Below, piece by piece: positions 45,907 to 55,338 of a DNA stretch of 64,000 nucleotides. How positions within the stretch are numbered: the stretch's first letter is position 1; every line of letters starts with the position of its first letter. Source of the DNA: an uncultured bacterium (GTDB taxonomy: Bacteria; Edwardsbacteria; AC1; EtOH8); the NCBI GenBank assembly GCA_964518765.1, contig CAZFJC010000004.1:60518-124517 (forward strand), in the 5' to 3' direction. Below the pieces are notes generated by a model. The model was not told the origin of the DNA. It did no database searches and saw only the letters and a list, made by a program, of their open reading frames with translations. The translations under genes and the position numbers were made by a program.

Positions 45907-46911
45907 TCACTGATACCGGATAGAGAACATCCCCAGATGCACCATCCAGCAGAACATTCCCATCCACGACGCCGCCAGCAGGCCCGTGGCCGTCTGCCAG
46001 GGCAGGTAGAGCATAGCCACCCCCATCCCGGCGAAGCCCGCCGCCACCAGGTACATTACCAGGTTGACTTTCCAGGCCGAGCGCAGCCTCTGGTACAGCA
46101 GGTCGTAGATGTGCCTTCGGTCGCCGCTGAAGATGTCGGCGCCGGCCAGCAAACGCCGCAGGATGGACAGCAGCGTGTCCAGCAGCGGGATGGACAGCAC
46201 CGCGGCCGCCGCCAGCCCCTGGCTGGGGCCGTAGGAGGCCGTCTTCAGGGCCATGCCGGCCAGGATGAACCCCAGCATCAGGCTGCCGCAGTCGCCCATG
46301 AAGATCCGGGCCGGCGGTCGGTTGCTCAGCCAGAAGCCCCAAGCGGCCCCGGCCACCATGGCCGCCTGGGCGGTCAACAGCAGATGGTTTTCGAGGTACG
46401 AGATGGCGCCGAAGCCCAGGCAGGCGATGAGGACCACGCCCGAGGCCAGGCCGTCCATGCCGTCCAGCAGGTTGACGGCGTTGGCCCCGAATATGAGGAC
46501 GAACATGCCAATGATGAAGTCCAGCCGCTCGTAGCCGGTCAGGGCCGCATGTGGCGCGATCAGCTGGCTTACCAGGGCCGCCGCCACCAGGCCCAGGGCT
46601 TTGGCGTAGGGCTTGATCTCCCGCAGGTCGTCCAGCAGGCCCACGATAAAGACCAGGGCCGAGCCGGTGGCCGCGGCCATCACCAGCCGGCTGGTAAGGA
46701 TGTCGGTGCTCTGGCTCCAGGCCGCCTGGACGCCGATGAACAGGCCTAAAGCCATGGCGATACCCCCGGTGCGCGGCGTGGCCGCTTTGTGTATGCCCAG
46801 CTCGTCCGGATGGTCCCAGGCGCCCATCCGGCGGCCCAACAGGGAGGCCAGAGGCGTGGCTACAAAGGTGACGGCACCGGCCAGGGCGAAGAGCAGAAGA
46901 AACGAGAGCAT
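45907..46911 (-). CDS. MraY/WecA-family (GT4_WecA) phosphoglycosyltransferase
   Basis: TPRTGG, GLLDD, NAVNLLDGMDGL, IFMGDCGS, DRRHI. Confidence 0.92.
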   Translation of the reverse strand: MLSFLLLFALAGAVTFVATPLASLLGRRMGAWDHPDELGIHKAATPRTGGIAMALGLFIGVQAAWSQSTDILTSRLVMAAATGSALVFIVGLLDDLREIKPYAKALGLVAAALVSQLIAPHAALTGYERLDFIIGMFVLIFGANAVNLLDGMDGLASGVVLIACLGFGAISYLENHLLLTAQAAMVAGAAWGFWLSNRPPARIFMGDCGSLMLGFILAGMALKTASYGPSQGLAAAAVLSIPLLDTLLSILRRLLAGADIFSGDRRHIYDLLYQRLRSAWKVNLVMYLVAAGFAGMGVAMLYLPWQTATGLLAASWMGMFCWMVHLGMFSIRYQ

Positions 46912-47990
46912 CAGTCCAGTTTGTATTCAATCTTCTTCGAGTACTCCCGGTAGACCAGCGGCAGGGTCGCCACCCCCCACAGCGAGCCCAGGCCGTAGGA
47001 GAAATGCAGGGTGGCGAACACCAGCGGCTGGAGCATTATGGCCAGCGGGTGGATCTTCTCGTTCCTGGTCAGCTTGAGTGTCTCAACTGAAAGTCCCATC
47101 GTCCTCAGGCTGAAGTAAGCGCTGGCCAGGATGTAGCTGGCGGCCTCAGCGATGAAAAGCCACAGGCCGGCGGCCCTGAGCCAGCCCTGGCCGACCAGGG
47201 CCGGCATGGCTGTCAGGCCCAGGCTGCCCACGAACACCAGGGGCACGAAGTGCCTCAGTTTGGGCGCGCTGCGGTTTAGAATTATGGTCTGCACCACCCC
47301 GATCCCGTCTTGCCACCTCTGGCGCCACAGAGAGCGCAGCCGGGTGCGGCAGATGTAGTATGACTTGATCTTCGGGCTCAGAAATATTTTCCCGCCGGAA
47401 CGGACCAGCCGGCTGTTGAACTCGATGTCCTCGGTCCGGGTCAGCCGCTCGTCCAGCAGGCCCACCCGTCTGAAGACCTCACGCCGGAAGCAGCCCGGCC
47501 ACACCGTCGGCACCCAGCCCTCGGCCTTCAGGTTGCGGAAGGCGCCTCCGCCCAGGGCGAAGGGGCTGAGGTGGGCCAGGGCGATGGCCTGGGAGCGCGG
47601 CGACCTTCCGCCGGCCAGGGGTATGGCCGGGCCTCCCACGTTGTCGGCTCCGGTCCTCTCCATCACCTCCAGGCAGATCCTGATGTAATCGGCGCCGTAC
47701 TCGGCGTGGGCGTCCATGCGGAATATGATCTCGCCGGTGGAGTTCCTGACCCCGACGTTGACCCCGGAGCTGACCGTCCTCTTGGGATTTTCCAGTATCT
47801 TTAACTTTGGGAATTTTAACTCTAAATTCCGCAATTTCTCGCCGGTTCCATCGGTGGACATCCCGTCCACGGCAATGACCTCGTAATCATGCCCGGCGAA
47901 GTCCTGGGCGTAGATGGTCTCGATGCAGCGCTCGATGTAGTCCGCCTCGTTGCGCACCGGAATGACGATGGAGATCATCGGCGGAGACAT
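46911..47990 (-). CDS. GT2 glycosyltransferase (ExoA-like)
   Basis: IVIPVRNE, DGMSTDGT, RMDAH, RTEDIEFNSR. Confidence 0.92.
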   Translation of the reverse strand: MSPPMISIVIPVRNEADYIERCIETIYAQDFAGHDYEVIAVDGMSTDGTGEKLRNLELKFPKLKILENPKRTVSSGVNVGVRNSTGEIIFRMDAHAEYGADYIRICLEVMERTGADNVGGPAIPLAGGRSPRSQAIALAHLSPFALGGGAFRNLKAEGWVPTVWPGCFRREVFRRVGLLDERLTRTEDIEFNSRLVRSGGKIFLSPKIKSYYICRTRLRSLWRQRWQDGIGVVQTIILNRSAPKLRHFVPLVFVGSLGLTAMPALVGQGWLRAAGLWLFIAEAASYILASAYFSLRTMGLSVETLKLTRNEKIHPLAIMLQPLVFATLHFSYGLGSLWGVATLPLVYREYSKKIEYKLD

Positions 47991-47993
47991 GAC

Positions 47994-49223
47994 CTAGTGA
48001 ACAGTGAGCAATCGGAAAACATCCCAGGGCCGAATAAGTTTTATCGCGCCGCCCCCGGCGACCTTTTCGCCGGTCAGGCTCAGACAGTAGCCTGCCCTAA
48101 TTCCGTAGTGGGACATGAAATAGTCCAGTGCGGTGGCCCTGAATCCGGCGGAATTCATCTTGACCTCCAGGGGGATGGCCTGCTTGCCAGCGGGCATGAC
48201 GAAGTCTATCTCCTTTTTATCTTGGGTGCGCCAGAAGAAAAGCTCGGCGCTGCTTGCCTTTACCAGGTCCGAGAACACCGCGGTTTCAAAGGCCGAACCG
48301 CCCAAAGTCAGCGGCAGCCGTCTATCCGTCAGAAGCTGCATCAGGCCTGAATCCAGAAAGTAGACCTTGGGGGTCTTGAACAGTTCGGAGCGCAGATTGC
48401 TGGTGTACGGCCTGACCAGTTTGATGATATAGGTGTTCTCCAGGATGAACAGGTACTGGTCCACTGTCTGCCTGGCCAGCCGGGCAGTATTGGCCAGCTC
48501 GGCGATGTTGAGCAGGCAGCCGCTCTGTCCGGCCAGCACCCTCAGCAGGCTGTTGAACTTGCTGATGTCGCGGATATTCCCCAGATCCCGGATGTCCTTT
48601 TTGACATAAGTGTCGATGATCTGCTGGAGGTATTTTTCCTTGACCTCCAGCTGGTCGGTCAGGACGATCTTCGGGAAGCCTCCGTACAGTGCGTACTCAC
48701 GGTACAGCGTCTCCAGTTCTCGTAAGATGGTGGCCGGATGGCTGAGGGCCCTGAGATCGTACTTGAGGCCCTTGAAGGTTAGGAACTCCTCGAAGTCCAG
48801 GGGATAGAGCGTGAACTCGATGGTACGACCGGCCAGCGAGTCCCTGAACTTACGCTTGATCTCGAAGCTCGACGAGCCGGTGACGATGAGTTTGACGCCG
48901 GGATGGTGATCGTGGAACAGCTTGAGGAATGAGGAGGGATTCGCCAGATGCTGGATCTCGTCCAGAAGAAGGTAGAACCGTTTTTGCCCGCTGTAGTTCC
49001 CCCTCTGCCTCAGATAATCGATGACCGACCTGGGGCCTTCATGGCACAGCTCCAGCAGTCGACCGTCCTCAAGGTCCATGAAATGCTGGTCCCCTGCCGG
49101 CAGGCCCTGGCCGATCATCTGAAGCAGGGTGGTCTTGCCGACCTGGCGGGCCCCGTGGATGACGACTATATCCCTGGAATCCAGGTAGTTGTCGATCTCC
49201 TTTTTCAGCTTTCGGGGATGCAT
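47994..49223 (-). CDS. AAA_14 / DUF4143 ATPase with C-terminal PD-(D/E)xK-like motif
   Basis: Walker A GARQVGKTT, LLDEIQ, TGSS, YGGFP, KVYFLDSG, EIDFV...LEVK. Confidence 0.9.
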   Translation of the reverse strand: MHPRKLKKEIDNYLDSRDIVVIHGARQVGKTTLLQMIGQGLPAGDQHFMDLEDGRLLELCHEGPRSVIDYLRQRGNYSGQKRFYLLLDEIQHLANPSSFLKLFHDHHPGVKLIVTGSSSFEIKRKFRDSLAGRTIEFTLYPLDFEEFLTFKGLKYDLRALSHPATILRELETLYREYALYGGFPKIVLTDQLEVKEKYLQQIIDTYVKKDIRDLGNIRDISKFNSLLRVLAGQSGCLLNIAELANTARLARQTVDQYLFILENTYIIKLVRPYTSNLRSELFKTPKVYFLDSGLMQLLTDRRLPLTLGGSAFETAVFSDLVKASSAELFFWRTQDKKEIDFVMPAGKQAIPLEVKMNSAGFRATALDYFMSHYGIRAGYCLSLTGEKVAGGGAIKLIRPWDVFRLLTVH

Positions 49224-49230
49224 TAAGCGT

Positions 49231-49276
49231 AGTTTATCATAAAATTAATATAAAGTAAAGTATTATTTACTTTATA
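49231..49276 (-). promoter_or_regulatory. Extended -10 promoter with overlapping 11-bp inverted repeat
   Basis: TTTACT-N17-TAAACT (TG at -15/-14), 7 nt to ATG; TATAAAGTAAA-N6-TTTACTTTATA at 49249-49276. Confidence 0.6.
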
Positions 49277-50516
49277 TTTTATCCCTATTTGTCCGCCACC
49301 CCCACGCCCTACCCGCTCCGAACGCTATCATCACCGCCATCAAAAACCCCGCTGGCATCATGTACCGCAATATCGACAGTACCGCTATGGCCGCGACCCA
49401 GTGGTAGAGGAGCAACGTCAGTAGAATAAGTATCAGCGGTCCGCCTGGTTTTCCATTCCGAAACCAAAACACCGCGCCTATTAGGGATAATATCAAATAG
49501 AAGGCCTGTATCACAAGTATCTTGCCCTCGTGCCACATCTCGTCGGTCCCGTACCAGCACCGGCCCGCCTTGATAAGCAGCAATTTGACGAATGCCCCGG
49601 GATGTTTCCCGGCAGAATAGGCTATCGATCTTAAGACCTCCCCGCTCTCCCTTCCCTGGCTCATCTTCTCAACTTCTGTCATATACTTCTCAACATCTCC
49701 CGGCAGGCGAATCCGATCACCCCCGGCTCCCGGTTTAAGCCCGAAGGTCCAGCCGTCGTAAAGCGAGCTGCCCGCCTTATCGGCCACGGGAACGAACTTG
49801 CCGGTCCTCCGCCAGAGGTAGGCCTCCCACGGCAATACGACAAATAACAAACCCGCAATGAACAATGAACAATAAAGCGCCAAACCCTTGGCCGGCACCC
49901 TCCCCTTGATCCAAGTGACCAAGAGAAAGATGAGCAGAGCCAGCGGCAGAAAGAGCGCCATCGGCTTGACCAGCATCGGCAGGGCCCCGGCCATGCCGGC
50001 GGCCAGCGCCGTGAATGGCCCCGGGCGCCCAGCCGCTCCGGCCTCGATCGCCGCCCAGGCCGCCGACAGCAGAGACAGAAGATAGAGCGGCTCCGGCCCA
50101 GGCTGCAGCGCCAGATAGAGGCCGAAGGGGTAGGTTATCCAGACCAGCGCGGCTATAAGGGCCGTCAGTCCGGCCGTATATCTTTGGACCAGGGCGTAAA
50201 AAAGCGCCGCCAGCATGGCCATGGCCAGCACGTTGAACGCCTTGGCCGCGGTTTCCTCGCCTATATGAAAGAACTTTTTCAGTTCGATCAGACCCGCCAG
50301 GTACAGCGGGTAGATAGGCGGCGACGGGGCCCGGCCCTCCAGCAGGTAGTCGCCCCGCTCCAGGATCCCCCGGGCTATCGGCAGGTAGCGGTGCCGGAAG
50401 TCCTCGGGCACGGAGCGTCTCTCGAAGGAGCCCAGGGCGAGCCAGGCGGCCGAGTAGATTATAATACTAGCTATAAATAGTAGTAGGGATGTCCGCCGTC
50501 GGGCCAGTAAGCGCAT
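49272..50516 (-). CDS. Polytopic membrane protein, GT-C (ArnT/PMT-2)-like glycosyltransferase
   Basis: Y..IARGIL..G, PPIYPLYL, PEPLY, about 10 TM segments, LRYMMP. Confidence 0.7.
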   Translation of the reverse strand: MRLLARRRTSLLLFIASIIIYSAAWLALGSFERRSVPEDFRHRYLPIARGILERGDYLLEGRAPSPPIYPLYLAGLIELKKFFHIGEETAAKAFNVLAMAMLAALFYALVQRYTAGLTALIAALVWITYPFGLYLALQPGPEPLYLLSLLSAAWAAIEAGAAGRPGPFTALAAGMAGALPMLVKPMALFLPLALLIFLLVTWIKGRVPAKGLALYCSLFIAGLLFVVLPWEAYLWRRTGKFVPVADKAGSSLYDGWTFGLKPGAGGDRIRLPGDVEKYMTEVEKMSQGRESGEVLRSIAYSAGKHPGAFVKLLLIKAGRCWYGTDEMWHEGKILVIQAFYLILSLIGAVFWFRNGKPGGPLILILLTLLLYHWVAAIAVLSILRYMMPAGFLMAVMIAFGAGRAWGWRTNRDKI

Positions 50517-50544
50517 AATAATGATGAGTTTATCGGTTTGTTTC

Positions 50545-50985
50545 CCCCTACCCCTTCCTCAGCCGTCGCTGAAGTCTTTATCTGCATTTCTAGTGGGCAA
50601 GGATCCTTAGTTTTACATCTGCTTTTCTTAATGTTACTTTCTTGTGGCCAAGAAAGTAACCAAAGAAGCCTCACCGCCGTTCGGCCGAGCTCAGGCCGAG
50701 GCCCAGCGCTGCGGAGAGTCAGGCGTCCGCGCCGGCACTCATTGAACCAGAACCAGCAGGCAGCATAACACCCAATGAGTGCTTCCTCGGCTCTGTAGCC
50801 CGGCCGCACCGCTGACGGCAGGGCCCATAGAGGCGCATCCCGCCTCCCATATAACTCTATGTGCGTCGGTCAGGCAGCGCTGCTGGGTTTCAGAATCCGG
50901 AACTTCAGCAAAGGCCTCTCTTTGCACCTCTCTCTACAAAGATAAAGTGGGAAGTAATCAAGAAAACCAGGGGTAAGGGGTTAGG
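50545..50985. other. Non-coding, multi-hairpin intergenic element (MITE-like or structured RNA)
   Basis: Perfect stems GTTACTTTCTTG/CAAGAAAGTAAC and GCACTCATTG/CAATGAGTGC; long-range CTTTATCT/AGATAAAG and GCTGAAGT/ACTTCAGC; imperfect terminal CCCCTACCCC/GGGGTAAGGGG. Confidence 0.55.
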
Positions 50986-50991
50986 TCGTCC

Positions 50992-52308
50992 TCACCAGCA
51001 TAGCCCCTGGTACTTCTTGGGCGCCACCAGATCCTTATATCCGCCATGAAGGTCCAGCACCATGTTCGTAGAGCTTTTAAGCAATTTTCTCAACTGCTTG
51101 TTGCCGGCATACTGGCCGTTGGTGATGACCAGCAGGTCGCAGCCCTTTATCAGGGATCCGATGGTGTCCGCCCTCACCCTGTGGTACTCGGGCACCACCC
51201 TCTCCAGGATCTCGAGATTGGTGCCGACCAACTTCCTCTTCTGTATGTTGCCATCGTAGACCCTTACCCTGTAATCCCGGTCTATCAGGCAGCGCAGCAG
51301 CTTGAGCAGCGGGCTCTCCCGCAGGTCGTCGGTGTGCTCCTTGAAGGTGATGCCCAGGATGCCGATTCGCCGTTTGCCGGCCCTGTCGATCCGCTTAAGA
51401 ATCTCGGCGAATTGGCTGTCGTTGCTCTCCAATACCGAGTCGAGCAGAGGTATCTGGACTCCCTGGCTCTTGGCAAAACTCACCAGTCCCCGCAAATCCT
51501 TGGGCAGACAGGAGCCTCCGAATGGCACGCCGGGCTTGAGGTATTTGGGGGAAATGTTGAGTATTTTATCCTGGCAGAAGATGTCCATCAGCCTCAGCCC
51601 GTCTATGCCGCAGGCCGAACATACCCGTCCCATCTCGTTGCCGAAAGCCACTTTAAGGGCGTGGTAGGCGTTGCAGCTGTATTTGATGATCTCTGCCAGC
51701 TCAGGATCGGTTCTGTGAAAAGGCGCTTTGACGAATCTGTAGAGCTGTCGTAGGTTGGCGGCGGTGCGCTCATCAGCCGCCCCGGCGATGATGAACGGCG
51801 GGTGGTAGAAATCGTCAAGGGCCTGGCCCTCGCGCAGGAACTCGGGGTTCATGCCGATGCCCAGCCCCCGGTCCAGCTTCTTGCCCGAGGCCCGCTCCAG
51901 CCTGGCCAGGGCCACCTTGGTGGTGCCGGGCGGCACCGTGCTTCTTATCACCACGCTATGAAAGGAACGTTTCTTTCGCAGAGCCAGGCCTATCTGCTCC
52001 ACCACCGCGTAGATGGACCGCAGGTCGGCCGAGCCGTCGGCGCTGGAGTAGGTGCCCACCGCCATCAGGCTGAGGTCGCTCTCCAGCACCGCCTCCTCGG
52101 CATCGGTGGTGGCCCTAAGGCTCCCCTTGCCAACCGTCCGACGGATGACGGTATCGAGCCCAGGCTCGAGGATGGGTGAGCTCCTGGCGTTAAGGGCGTC
52201 CACCTTCTCCCGGCTCTTGTCCACCCCGATGACCCGGTGTCCGGCGTCCGCCAGGCAGGCGCCGGAGACGGTGCCCACGTAGCCCAGACCGAATATGGAT
52301 ATCTTCAT
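50992..52308 (-). CDS. Nucleotide-sugar dehydrogenase (GDP-mannose 6-dehydrogenase/AlgD-like)
   Basis: GLGYVG, RSTVPPGT, NPEFLREG, FGGSCLPKD, GITFKEHTDDLRESP. Confidence 0.92.
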   Translation of the reverse strand: MKISIFGLGYVGTVSGACLADAGHRVIGVDKSREKVDALNARSSPILEPGLDTVIRRTVGKGSLRATTDAEEAVLESDLSLMAVGTYSSADGSADLRSIYAVVEQIGLALRKKRSFHSVVIRSTVPPGTTKVALARLERASGKKLDRGLGIGMNPEFLREGQALDDFYHPPFIIAGAADERTAANLRQLYRFVKAPFHRTDPELAEIIKYSCNAYHALKVAFGNEMGRVCSACGIDGLRLMDIFCQDKILNISPKYLKPGVPFGGSCLPKDLRGLVSFAKSQGVQIPLLDSVLESNDSQFAEILKRIDRAGKRRIGILGITFKEHTDDLRESPLLKLLRCLIDRDYRVRVYDGNIQKRKLVGTNLEILERVVPEYHRVRADTIGSLIKGCDLLVITNGQYAGNKQLRKLLKSSTNMVLDLHGGYKDLVAPKKYQGLCW

Positions 52309-52334
52309 AACTGTATTTGCTTACTTACAACAAC

Positions 52335-52587
52335 TGTCACCCTGAGATTACCCGCCTGCCTGACTGTCTGAAGGGTGACGTAAAAACCCTTCATAATCCC
52401 TCAACCTGCCATCCCCTGGAGTGCTCCTTCGGATGCCATTCACTTAGTCATTCTTAGGACAGGCCCTCGGGATGACAGCCTGGTTAACCTGTCACCCTGA
52501 TATTGCCCGCCTGCCTGACGAATTGAAGGGTGATTACTTGTTGTCATCCTTCAACCTGCAGGACACGATGCTAACCTCGGAATGACA
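52335..52587. repeat. Tandem pair of REP-like elements (copies B1 52335-52477, B2 52490-52587)
   Basis: Each opens TGTCACCCTGA, shares CCCGCCTGCCTGAC and TGAAGGGTGA, and closes CTCGG(G/A)ATGACA. Confidence 0.8.
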
Positions 52588-53742
52588 TTAGTACTTAGGA
52601 TCACGCAGCCTTCGGTACGCCTCCACCAGCCTCTTCCCCTCGGTCTCCCAGCTATAGTATTGCTTTACTGCCCTCCGCCCCCTGACTCCCATGGCCTCTC
52701 TTTCTTTCGGGTGTTCGATAAGGTATGTGATCCCTCTGGCGATATCTACCGGGTCCAGCGGGTCTACTACCACACCACATCGGTGCCTGTTCACCAACTC
52801 CGCCCAGGCCGGCAGGTTGCTAACGACCAAGGGCAGGCCCATGGCCATATACTCGAAGAGCTTGTTGGAGCGCTCCACCGCCGTGTCCAGGTTGGGGTCA
52901 GGATGGAAGCAGATGGTTGCCATGTCCGCTTTGATTGCCTCAGCTACCACATCCTCGTACCTGGGAAGGTAACCGAGGTATTTCATCCTGCGGTATCCCG
53001 GCTCGTCCTCTATCTGCCTTTGGTACTCCGCATCCTGGTAGATCCCGGTCGTCAGCAGGGTGGCATCGTACTTCGGATCCACCATCTCCAGGGCGCGTAG
53101 GACCTCGCTCAGCCCCCTGGTCCGTGTTATGCTCCCGGTATAGACGATCCGGCAGCCTTTCTTTCCCGTGCGTCTGGCATCTTTCCCTTTAAGGGCTTCG
53201 TCTATGATCCCGGTCGGGGCGTAGTTCCTGATGCTGATGGTGCGGTGTTGCTTGAATCGTTTCTCGATGTCCGGCGCGGCCGCCACCACCAGGTCGCAGA
53301 GCCTGGATAACCGCTTCTCGAATGTGTCCAGCGTCTTTGCCAGCCCTGGTTTTATCCATTTTGGTATCCAGTTCTTCTCGTCGGAAAGGATGGCGTCGTC
53401 ATAGTTCTCGTGGACGTCATAAATAAATTTAGTTTGAGGAAATATAGATTTTAATATCGGCAACAGGAACAGCAGCTCAGGCTCGTGGACATGGTAGTAA
53501 TCGGCCTTTAGTGAAATGGCCTGCCTCAGCATGCTCATGAAGTTGGCGATGCGAGACCATCGGCTTATTATTTTACCGAATCCAAGGACTGTTATATCAT
53601 CTATAATCTGTCTTTTCTGCGCCAGCGGGGCCAACTCGTAAACCTCCAAGCCTTCCTGGGCCAGAGAGCGCCCCTCCTTCTTAAAGATACGGGTGTCGGT
53701 AAAGGGATGGGAAGAGGTGATGATGCAAACTCTACTAGGCAT
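52588..53742 (-). CDS. GT4 glycosyltransferase
   Basis: HPFTDTRIF.KE, YDVHE, SNKLFEYMAMGLPLV. Confidence 0.92.
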   Translation of the reverse strand: MPSRVCIITSSHPFTDTRIFKKEGRSLAQEGLEVYELAPLAQKRQIIDDITVLGFGKIISRWSRIANFMSMLRQAISLKADYYHVHEPELLFLLPILKSIFPQTKFIYDVHENYDDAILSDEKNWIPKWIKPGLAKTLDTFEKRLSRLCDLVVAAAPDIEKRFKQHRTISIRNYAPTGIIDEALKGKDARRTGKKGCRIVYTGSITRTRGLSEVLRALEMVDPKYDATLLTTGIYQDAEYQRQIEDEPGYRRMKYLGYLPRYEDVVAEAIKADMATICFHPDPNLDTAVERSNKLFEYMAMGLPLVVSNLPAWAELVNRHRCGVVVDPLDPVDIARGITYLIEHPKEREAMGVRGRRAVKQYYSWETEGKRLVEAYRRLRDPKY

Positions 53743-54424
53743 CGGGCCTTTTTTCCAATGTCTTCACCACCTTGGCCGGATTGCCGGCCGCCACCGAATA
53801 GGGCGGCACGTCCCTGGCCACCACCGCCCCGGCGGCTATGATGGAGCCCCGGCCGATGCGCACCCCTTTGAGTATCATGGCCCGGGCGCAGATCCAGACG
53901 TCGTCCTCGATGACGATCGGCTTGCTATCGAACTTTGGCTCATATGGCTCAAGTTTCCCAGAGGACTTTACCCCAAATTGCGGCCAGAGCATGGCCTTGG
54001 AATGGTCCATCTCCCGGGCCCGCTCAATAGGGTCTATGGGGTGCCCCTCGAAGTCGGACATGGAGACCTCCCAGGAGATGAGAACATGGCTGCCGATCTC
54101 GATGCTCTCCCTGGCGTCTATGGTGGTGTGGCTGCCGAGGGAACAGCCGTTGCCTATCCTCACCCGGCCCCTTCCCCAGGCCGAGATGCGGCAGCGCTTG
54201 TAGGCGGTGAAGCCATCCCCCACCTCTATGCTCGCCCAGGGCTTCTCTGCCCGAAAGCAGGCCAGGCTGGCGATGTGAGGGTTGCCGCCTATCTTGAGCC
54301 AGCTTCTGGGTAAAACCTTCCAAATAAGATAGCTTAAGATGAAAAGGATGCTTTTACCGGCGTATTCTAACAACATGAATGGCCTGGTGGCAACAGTCCT
54401 GCCCACCTTTTGTGCAATGTTCAT
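53735..54424 (-). CDS. Hexapeptide-repeat O-acyltransferase
   Basis: Left-handed beta-helix repeats, IVIEDDVWICARAMILKGVRIGRGSIIAAGAVV; ATGA overlap with upstream GT2. Confidence 0.9.
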   Translation of the reverse strand: MNIAQKVGRTVATRPFMLLEYAGKSILFILSYLIWKVLPRSWLKIGGNPHIASLACFRAEKPWASIEVGDGFTAYKRCRISAWGRGRVRIGNGCSLGSHTTIDARESIEIGSHVLISWEVSMSDFEGHPIDPIERAREMDHSKAMLWPQFGVKSSGKLEPYEPKFDSKPIVIEDDVWICARAMILKGVRIGRGSIIAAGAVVARDVPPYSVAAGNPAKVVKTLEKRPDA

Positions 54425-55338
54425 GAGCGCTTTGGCCTTTCGAACTTGGGATATTCTTTGACCGCCCGCCACATCATAGGGCTTCGTTTGGTTTGACCGG
54501 TAAAGAGTGAAATCGGCAAAGACTTCAGCCAGGAACAGAAAATGACCAGCCACCAGGTAAGATCCAGCAATCGGGCGTAAAAACCTCTGTGATGCGTATA
54601 GAAGAACTTCACCTGGCTATGCTGAAGCTCCAAGAACATCTCCTCGGGCATCTGCTCCGTGCTCCGGCCTCCGTAGTGGACGACCTCGGCCCCGGGCACG
54701 AAATAGCAGTTCCAGCCTTTCTCCTTTAGCCGCAGGGCCAGGTCCTTCTCCTCGGAATACATATGGAAGTCGGGATTAAGAAGGTACGGCTCTTTCCCCA
54801 AAGCCTTGCGACTGATCACCATGAAGGCGCCGGAGACATAGTCCACCTTGAAGGGCTTGTCCTTATAGTAGCTGTGGACCCACTCGGTGCTGTGGGTCAG
54901 CTTATCCAAGCAGAGCGCGGTGAGAAGATTGTTCATCGGGCTGGGGAAACGTTTTATGGATTTCTGCAGGCTCCCGTCCGGATTGGCCAGCCGGCACCCG
55001 GCCAGTCCGCAGTCCGGAGTTCTCTCCATGAAATCCAGGACCGTCCTCACCGCTCCCGGCTTGACCACGGTATCCGGGTTTAAAAGCAGCAGATATTCCC
55101 CCTTGCTGTTCTGGTATGCCTGGTTGTTGGCTTTGGCGAATCCGACGTTCTTTCTATTAGCTATTACGTTAATACGCGAATACGTCTTACGTATAACGTC
55201 CACCGTCCCATCCCCTGAGTCGTTGTCCACCACGAATGTCTCACGATCCATATCGCCGCACGTATCCTCTAGGGAGCGCAAACACTCGACCAACAGGTCC
55301 CTGGTGTTATAACTGACTATTATTATTGAAAGCTTCAA
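54421..55338 (-). CDS. GT2 glycosyltransferase (rhamnosyltransferase-like)
   Basis: IIIVSYNT, DNDSGDGT, GFAKANN, LLNPDT, YSEEKDL. Confidence 0.92.
   Translation of the reverse strand: MKLSIIIVSYNTRDLLVECLRSLEDTCGDMDRETFVVDNDSGDGTVDVIRKTYSRINVIANRKNVGFAKANNQAYQNSKGEYLLLLNPDTVVKPGAVRTVLDFMERTPDCGLAGCRLANPDGSLQKSIKRFPSPMNNLLTALCLDKLTHSTEWVHSYYKDKPFKVDYVSGAFMVISRKALGKEPYLLNPDFHMYSEEKDLALRLKEKGWNCYFVPGAEVVHYGGRSTEQMPEEMFLELQHSQVKFFYTHHRGFYARLLDLTWWLVIFCSWLKSLPISLFTGQTKRSPMMWRAVKEYPKFERPKRS

Noticed and set aside
52335-52587. Possible CRISPR array
   Set aside because: Only two diverged ~100-140-nt units, no constant repeat/unique spacer pattern, no cas genes
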